Below the pieces are notes generated by a model. The model saw only the letters and a list, made by a program, of their open reading frames with translations, made no database searches and was not told where the DNA came from. A stretch of 58,147 nucleotides of DNA, counting the filler, from Squatina squatina (lineage: Eukaryota): the NCBI GenBank assembly GCA_031763465.1. It is 4 parts of 3 records of this genome, joined end to end, with 100 filler letters (N's around TTAATTAATTAA, not from the genome) between each part and the next. Parts side by side here need not be neighbours in the genome. Positions count along the whole stretch, not along the records: positions 39,164 to 58,147 come from JARFOE010000234.1; 3 more parts are not named here. One strand, given 5' to 3'. A program made the translations under genes and the position numbers. Shown here in pieces: positions 49,601 through 58,147 of this stretch; position 1 is the stretch's first letter; every line of letters begins with the position of its first letter.

Positions 49601-52600
49601 GATTCAATTGTGGGAGCCCAATGTTCATTTTAACCCAGTGACTATATAATTTCAGCAATAAATTTGCGAATGTTGTTTGCATTATAATGAACAACACAGC
49701 TATCAGTAGGTATTAAAGATGAAGCACATAAGATTGTTTTTTGGTTCCTTTCCTCAGCTACAAGGCACTTAAACCAATTGTAGAACCTTGGCTAAGATCA
49801 GCTAACCGAACACAGACAAGGGATTGAAATTGGGGCCTTCTTATTATTGGCTCAGTATTACAGCAGGCAGTGCTTTTATCCACTGAAACATTGGGGACCT
49901 TGTTGCATATTTAACAGGAAATAATAAAATATTGAAATTTTACTCCTGTGCTTTATGACACAATCTGAACTCCTGGGTGGTTATTACTTGGTAAGGTGCT
50001 ACAGTTTTTCTTTATTATCCTGTATGTAAATACTGACCAAATCTCTCTCCAGTGGCTGAAAATTTCTTGCATGTTTTTGTTGATTTTCAGTAGAGTCAGA
50101 TATCAGAAAAGTTTTAGGGAAAAGAAAAGGGAAATAATAATGTACTGATAAAAAAAAAATCAAACAGCAAATTATTACTGACAATGAACTAACTAATGAT
50201 GAGATGACAAACGTTCTTCAAAGTAAATTCACAGCAAGGTAGAAATAGAAAGCATAGTGATCCCTCGTGATAAGACTTTGCGGTAAATCCAAGTCCCCAA
50301 GTTTAAACTTGATCAAAACGATTTTCACTGTTATAGCAGTAAGTAGAAACATGTTCACTGTGTCTCATTTGATGAGCCAAGATTCTCAATATAGTGGTAA
50401 AATATCACTTGAGAGGTGAAAATCATTTGATGTGACCTGTGTGTTATTAAAGCACCATTTATATTTATATTAGTCACCATGAAAATTGAATACACATTTT
50501 AATAACAAATATTTTTTTAACTAAAATAAAAACATTTTTTAGTATAAATAGAATGCCACAATTTTGAATCTGGGTTTAATCCCACATGTAGCAAAGACCT
50601 ATATAAGTCACTTACAACTTTGTCATGCTTGAAATATGATGACTTCCCCTGTACATGGGAATTTAACCCACAGTGTCCTCTTTTTTAATTGAAAAAACAA
50701 TATTAAGGCCAAGGGCATAGAGCAGGACACTACCAAGGTTGAAAATAGAAGGTTTGAAAATACAGTTAGGGAACAATAGATTGGGTTTGAAAAACTTGTA
50801 CATTGCTGAAGGAAGGGAAGGCTGAGGGAGGTAAACTGTCTAGTTTTGAGGTCTTGAAAAAGAATGAGTTAGACTGTATCTATACTATACACAGACAGTT
50901 ACATTCCAAATTGGTAAATTTTGAATGTTTTGAGAGCTGGATTGGGAGTGCCGTGTTCTCAAAACACTTAAAACAACTCTGCATATGTTTACTAAGTTCC
51001 AGTAGCTCCAAGCTGCCCCCTAAGTACTTGTTAAATTATATTTGAGAACTACTGAAGAGGATCTTACACACTCCTCTCCAGAGTCAAATCAGGACTTGNN
51101 NNNNNNNNNNNNNNNNNNNNNNNNNNNNNNNNNNNNNNNNNNNNNNNNNNNNNNNNNNNNNNNNNNNNNNNNNNNNNNNNNNNNNNNNNNNNNNNNNNTT
51201 TCAAGAGAAAGCTTTCTCTGCACAAAGATAAGGTTGGGTCAGGGCAGAGATTGGTCCTTCCTTTCAGGAGGAAAAAACAGTAAAAGTACCTGATGCAGGG
51301 ATATCTTAATTCACACATAGGAGCATGGCTAAGTCCAAATCTGGTTTCAGGTTTAACATCTTCAATTTAACACTGTGGACCATCTGAAATTCAATGCCAG
51401 GCAGTGTTGACAAGTAAATTCCCTAATTGCTTGTATGAATTTGCGTGAGGCTAATTGTACGATTCAGTTAAACTTTATCTCTAGACACAAGCCTCTTGGT
51501 CAGTGCTGCTGAAATTGCCATAATATACTGGTACAAGCTTCATGAGCATTGTCATAAGTTTAAATCTGTTGCAAATTAACTTTACTACAGTTAATGCAAT
51601 TTATACAAATCAAGAGGAAACTGGAAAATCCATCATTTAGTCTAGTATGGAGGGAAATTGGACATTAAATGATATTGAAGACAGGAAGAATAGTAGTAGC
51701 TTTATTGCAAGCAGTGTTGTTAGAAAACAATGANNNNNNNNNNNNNNNNNNNNNNNNNNNNNNNNNNNNNNNNNNNNNNNNNNNNNNNNNNNNNNNNNNN
51801 NNNNNNNNNNNNNNNNNNNNNNNNNNNNNNNNNTATTGCAAGCAGTGTTGTTAGAACACAATGACGGTTCTGTTGCATTTTTATAATGGTGACAATGTCT
51901 AGTCTCTTTGCAGATAGTTGCAACACAGTACGGCTTTTATGTACTTCTAGTTTTGTGCAAAAACAGGGGTCATTCATTGTGCAAGACAACATTTATAGGC
52001 ACATCACAAAAAATGTTCCAGTTTTGTTTTGTATAGTCAGCGTGATCCTTTGAGCATATTTCGATTGTTAGAAACAGAAACTTAAACAGTTTCTTGACTC
52101 TGTGTAAATAATTGCTTTTTTGTATTCATTCATAATGTTTTCATTGGTGCATTAGAGAAACAAAATATCAAGCAGCTCTTTGTGCAGTTATCACATTTCT
52201 ATAAAAAGACAATGAGCGGGTAATTGAAATAAATGCCAGCAGCTTTTTTTCTGCCTCTGGAGTTTTCAAATGTAGGAGGCAGAGGAACAGGTTTCAATTA
52301 TTGGAAGAAAGATCCCACCCATTTTTGACATATAATTCAGGATTAAATTGTAATTGTATCCCACTACCCTCGTCTCACTAAGTATAGTTCTTTTGAGAAA
52401 GTTTTCCTCTTCTCAGGATGAATTTTATGGATCTGGATATATAATCAATATATATTGAAGATGTATAGTCATATTGCAGGTCACCAGAAATGCTGGCTTA
52501 ACACAACACTCGACTAACATATGGAAGCTGCAAATCAAAAGTTGCTGATAAGTAACATAGTACACCCCAAGTATTTCCACTTGCATTTTGTCAGTGGAAT

Positions 52601-55600
52601 TCCTGTTCTGTACATTCGCCTTAGAATTGCAGTAAATTAATCATTATATATAAAACCAATCTAATTCTCTAGTATGACAGTAACAAATGAGATTTTTTTT
52701 TTTTAAAACAGATTAGTACATGCATGGAATAGACTCCGGTCAGTTACTGCTGCATTGATTTATGCCTTTAGTAAAAGAACTCACCGAATATCTGGTTTAG
52801 GACAAGATTGCTCTCATTTTCCATTTGCCCAATGATCTTCTCTCCCCACCCCACCCCACCCACGTCCACACTAATTNNNNNNNNNNNNNNNNNNNNNNNN
52901 NNNNNNNNNNNNNNNNNNNNNNNNNNNNNNNNNNNNNNNNNNNNNNNNNNNNNNNNNNNNNNNNNNNNNNNNNNNNATCTCACTCAAGCAGGTCATTCTT
53001 CAAGTGTGAGCCTGGACAATGAGTGCTGATGGACTTCAATTACGGGAAACATCACAGCCAAGTCTAATCCTTTTCCAATGTCCACATGTTCAAACTTTTC
53101 AACAGAAATTACTCAATGCCAATCAGGAGCAAGAATCATGGCTGATTTTTATATTTCATAACTGAGGAACACAGACCCTTTGTGGTAGCCTTACCTCTGT
53201 TTTGGCTCAGGTCATCTAGCACAGCATAAACCAGGGACTGTACCTGAAACTTTACTGATATGTATGGCTCAGTATCGCACTGGGTAGTGTACTTATCCAA
53301 TGAACCATCTGGATACAAAGAGAGCATCTTTACTAAAACAAATGCAGCTTTGCTGAGTTATACTACTGCTGCATCTAATCATAGTAGAGTATTTGATGCT
53401 GCTCTACTTATGATTGTAGATGTGGCTGTTAATAGGCTTTCTGAAGTTGACAGAGAATGAGCTTACGGATGTGTGTTAGAAGATAAAGCAAATGCTTCAG
53501 ACACTAAATATCATTTGCATATCCTGCATAGTCAATTTATCTTCGTAGCATAGCTCGATACATCTGTCACACTGGATAAAAATTAATTTTGTTAAGTAGA
53601 ACCTTGCTCAATATGTTATACTGTATTTCAGGATTGTTTTCAAATAAAAATCTTGCATAACAATTTGAAACACAGTGAACTGAAACTAGCCTACCGCGTA
53701 CAATTTATTGTGTTTGATAAAAAAAAGCAGCCTCTCTTAAAAAGCACGGACTATTAAACAGCATTGTGGACTGCTGGAAATAGATTGGTAAAAGTGCTGG
53801 AAACCGCGACTGAATTTGCATACAAATAATCAAGCGACTCTCAGGAATCACAGTGCCATGTGAAAACTGAGGAAAGCCATTTGCTGGCATACATAAGATG
53901 TCACCGCCATTTTGTGAGCACAAACAAAAGCAACAGTGCCACTAACAGAATTATGAAGCTATTCAATGGGTGACATGTACAAAGAGGGAATAATATGTAC
54001 ATTGGTTTATTCTTAACAACAGCTATTATTTGTTGTATAATTGCTATACCGTTTATTTTATCACTAGGAATCAAGGAGGACGAAGAATAATGAAAATATC
54101 AAAAACACGTCNNNNNNNNNNNNNNNNNNNNNNNNNNNNNNNNNNNNNNNNNNNNNNNNNNNNNNNNNNNNNNNNNNNNNNNTAAAATTTTTAAATTAGT
54201 CCTATAATATTTTCTATTGGATTGAAAAAAAGTTTTTTTTAATTAGAAGATTGCTATGAGACTTTCACAGCTATAGTTCATAAATGAGAATCACCTTGGA
54301 GTTTCTACACACACGTGAGCTCACCATATGGTATATTATGTACGCACACTTCAAATAAGAGAGGGGACCAACAGGCAGTCAGTACAAACGCAACTTTGAA
54401 GAGTAAATTGTTTTTCTTGGGAAATATAATCATCTTGTACTCATTATGAATAACTTGAAGATAATTATTTTTTCAAGAACATTATCTGATTCCTTTCCTC
54501 CTTTTTGTTTTAGTACTGCCCAGATATATGACAACTCTTTACCTATGTCCTTAAACAATTTCTTACATTATTAAAAATTCTGAGTACAGAGTCTTCAGCC
54601 TTTCTCTCCCATGAGGTCCAGCTGTCACAGTACACCAGTGACATTATTATGTAAATTATTATGGAACTTTCTCTTTCATTGAGTTAACCTTTTGCAGACT
54701 GAACTTGATTTGAAGCTGGAAGCAGAGTAGCATGCTTGGCATGATAAATAGTAAACTTTTGTTCTCAGTATCAATGATTAACTGTTAGAACAGTAGGGAT
54801 ATCTTACAATAAAACATAAATTATTAATTATAGGTCTACAGGTTTTATAAAATGTCACAATAATAACTTTGTCATTATAAACAATTCCAAATGACTTAGT
54901 GTGCCCAGACAGACAAAGCCACTTTTATACCTAAAAATTGATCGTACACTTAACAAAAATGTAAATTGGTACAAAGAAAGACATTTGCATGTATATATAT
55001 ATGGTTAGTTGTCATTACCTCATTAGTTTACATTTGGAACTTCAATAAAAACCCAGTGATAAATTTAATTAACTCATAAATGTGGATTGTTTCTTTAACC
55101 TTTTTTCACTTAAACTTGTTAAATGTTTGTTTTTTATTAATGTCAATTACATTTTTGTATTTGTGTGATTGAATACTATTGAAAATTTTCAATAGAAGCT
55201 GCCTGCACTATTGCACTGTTGGCATCTCCATTTTAATTTTAGGTTATTGCTGGTTAGAGAAATTAGAAGATACTTGAGGAACTAAAATTACAGAAATGAT
55301 TTCACAACTGAGATAAAGATCCAATAACTCAAAAATGATAATGTATGAGGCTCTTTCACAAGTGGGCAAAATTTTGTAGTGCATAGTTATCTTTATATAA
55401 CTCTGTATAATAAAAAAAAACATTAATTTAAATTTTACCTAAGATGAGAATCATTAAAAGTTTATTGTACGCTTCAGTATTCCTCAGTAGGACAGGTCTC
55501 TCAAGTCTCGCCAGCATCAAGTGGCTGCTGCCTTCCTTTACGGGGGTATACAAAGTTAAAATTCAAGAGATGACTTCAACTAAAAACAGAATATAATGCA

Positions 55601-55984
55601 ATACCGAGCAAGGATAGCAGTTCTGTGACTCCGTGTAAAATTTGTTTTAATAAATCAAAAAGGTTTTTTTTAATTCAGAATTTCGATGCTCAGCTCCAGG
55701 GAATCACAATGAATTATTACAACTCAAAGCAGAGCACCATATTTTAACTTATTAGAATGTCATGAACAAATGCAGAAAAAAAACTCCTTAGCCAGAGCAG
55801 CTATAGAAGTGCAACAATTGGACTTAGTGTCGCTGGAATAGGGTTAAGAAAAATCAGCCAATACTTACATTTCTAATTGCTCTTCACTAGCTGATTTGAA
55901 TCAGGTGGAAACCTTATTAATCTATTCAAATCAGGGTCTAATTACTGACGTAGGACCCCAGTCCAATATTAATGGCCGGCACAG

Positions 55985-56217
55985 AAGCGAAATACTGCGG
56001 AGGCTGGAATCTAGAATACAAACAAAAAATGCTGGAAAAACTCAGCAGGTCAGGATCTGTGGAGAGAAAAACAGAGTCAACGTTTCGGGTCGATAACCCT
56101 TCGTCAAAACTGAAAAAAGCCAGAAATACAGCAAGTTTTAAAGCACTGACAGGCAAAGGGGTGGGGGGTAGGAGGGAAGAGGGAAGGATGAAGGGTAACA
56201 TAATAGTGTGATTGCCT
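55985..56217 (-). mobile_element. Penelope-like terminal repeat, same family as 7776-7980
   Basis: Its reverse complement aligns with 7776-7980 and 3616-3670. Confidence 0.6.
56075..56111 (-). ncRNA. Minimal hammerhead ribozyme motif (C3U variant) in a Penelope-type repeat
   Basis: Minus strand reads AGUU-UUGACGA-A-GGGUU-auc-GACCC-GAAA-CGUU-GACU. Confidence 0.55.
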
Positions 56218-57631
56218 ANNNNNNNNNNNNNNNNNNNNNNNNNNNNNNNNNNNNNNNNNNNNNNNNNNNNNNNNNNNNNNNNNNNNNNNNNNNNNNNNNN
56301 NNNNNNNNNNNNNNNNNNATGCTGCAGGGCTACATGGCCCAGTGTGTAGTGCTGCTGAGCTGTACGCCCCGCTCCCACCCCAGGGAGGAAGTGGAGCACT
56401 TGATTTAGCGTTCCACTTCCTTTTGGGGGTGGTAACCCCAATTTATCCCGAGGGGCGGGACTTCTGCACCTGGCACAAAGTATCGCGCCTTGCGAGTGCT
56501 GCCCGGGGTGGTACCCAATTTCTAGGCCTTCATATTACATACTAATGTCAAGTTAATGTTAATAAAATTATAATAGCATTTCTGACTTCTTGTGACTCAT
56601 GATGCTACAATACTATTAGCTTTATCTCAGCGACTATATCTCACCGAGAGTATTTCAGATGTAAATTAATGACAATAAAACACAAAGGTAGTGGCCCATG
56701 GATATCACTATAATTTTAAATAGTTATGTCTCCAGAATTGAAAGGGTCTCCAGAATTATGTCCCATTGGACTAATTTTGTATGTGTTTTGTGTGTTTTTC
56801 TCATTCTTATTTGTATTTATTCCCCCTGGGTTATTGCCTGTTAAAATAGCTGACAAAGGAATTGCAACTGAAGTGAATNNNNNNNNNNNNNNNNNNNNNN
56901 NNNNNNNNNNNNNNNNNNNNNNNNNNNNNNNNNNNNNNNNNNNNNNNNNNNNNNNNNNNNNNNNNNNNNNNNNNNNNNAAAATAGCTGACAAAGGAATTG
57001 CAAATGAAGTGCATTAAGCACCCAGATGCTAATCTTCATAGCGTAGAATTTCAAGGCCTCAGTCTTTCTTGACATACCTTTGTGTTCTTCCTTTCGTTCT
57101 TTCTCTCTATAGTGAATTGAGAGGGTCAATATGTGATCTTTATTTTTAACAGTTATATTTTTTGTATATTGACCCAACATTTACTCTAATTAAGCCTGTA
57201 AAATATCTACTCACGGCATCTAAATTAGAAGACAGCATAGCCTGTAATTGATTCTGTGTCTCTTTCCCATCTTTGCTTTGATCTTCTCGGAGCCATTGAT
57301 TTACAGTGACTGAATAAGTCAAATCCAATTTTTGTTACATGGGATTCTGGGATTTTTACCAATGTTTTGGGAATCGCTTCACACAGATCTGTCTATTAAT
57401 AATTGGGGTCATTGGTTTATAATGATTGAATAAATTAAATTCTGTTTTTATTAAAAGGGATTTTAGGATTTTTAACAGTGATTTGAGGATCAAATTCTGC
57501 AATTCATTCCCTTTTTTCATAAAAAACAGAAATCAGTTACCTTAATAATTCAGCTTTGTATATGAGTTATATTTTTGCATGTACATGTGCTCTATGTTCT
57601 TATATTTGTGCTCATGTACATAGCCATATTT

Positions 57632-58147
57632 ATTTTTTATTCGTTCCTGGGATGTGGGCGTCACTGGCAAGGCCAGAATTTATTGCCCATCCCTAGTTGT
57701 CCTTGAGAAGCTTGTGGTGAGCTGCCTTCTTGAACCGCTGCAGTCCATGTGGTGAAGGTACTCCGATANNNNNNNNNNATAGTGCTGTTAGGGAGGGAGT
57801 TCCAGAATACTGACTCACCGATGATGAAGGAACAGCGATATATTACCAAGTCCGGATGGTGTGTGACTTGGAAGGGTACTTGCAGGTGATGATGTTCTCA
57901 TGGGACTGCTGCCCTTGTCCTTCTGGGTGGTAGAGGTCATGGGCTTGAGAGGTGCTGTCAAAGAAGTCTTGGCGAGTTGCTGCAGTGCATCTTGGAGATG
58001 GTGCACACTGCAGCCAAGGTGAGCTGGTGGTGAGGGAGTATATATTTCAGTGGGTGGATCGGCTGCCAATCAAGCTTTGTCCTGGATGGTGTCGAGCTTC
58101 TTGAGTGTTGTTAGAGCTCCACTCATCCAGGCAAGTGGAGAGTGTTC
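57632..58147 (-). mobile_element. Non-LTR retrotransposon 3' end (clade uncertain)
   Basis: The minus strand carries an ORF-end remnant (WNSLPNST) and a 3' UTR ending in an A-rich tail. It is homologous to 31448-31538 (+; GVPSPHGLQRFKKEAHHHLLKGN*) and 48580-48800 (-). Confidence 0.65.

Noticed and set aside
55891-55934. 11-bp inverted repeat ctgatttgaat/attcaaatcag
   Set aside because: Short and AT-rich with a poorly paired interior. Could arise by chance.

Overview
Eukaryotic (vertebrate) DNA, most likely a cartilaginous fish such as a shark. This is inferred from DeuSINE/SacSINE1-like SINEs, abundant CR1/L2 LINE fragments and Penelope-type repeats. The window is a highly fragmented assembly: about 1-kb contigs separated by mostly 100-N gaps. 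Three artificial N44-TTAATTAATTAA-N44 linkers (12332, 25420, 39108) split it into four segments that are probably unlinked. Segment 1 (1-12287) and segment 4 (39164-58147) contain no recognisable coding exons. Segment 2 holds minus-strand exons of ATE1 (exon 3 and the mutually exclusive 129-nt exons 7a/7b) and NSMCE4A. Segment 3 holds exons of CDH20 (+), PIGN (-) and RELCH/KIAA1468 (+), in the same order and orientation as in human. Gene identities and exon numbers come from remembered protein similarity plus GT-AG boundaries, not from a database search. Four observations stand out. (1) An intronic element in ATE1 can base-pair alternatively with the 3' splice site of either exon 7a or exon 7b. 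(2) A spliced, disabled NSMCE4A exon2-exon3 copy is fused to an intact exon 4, which continues into a real intron and exon 5. (3) Penelope-type repeats carry minimal, dimer-type hammerhead ribozyme motifs. (4) There is a 24-nt in-frame RELCH microexon with an upstream UGC motif.
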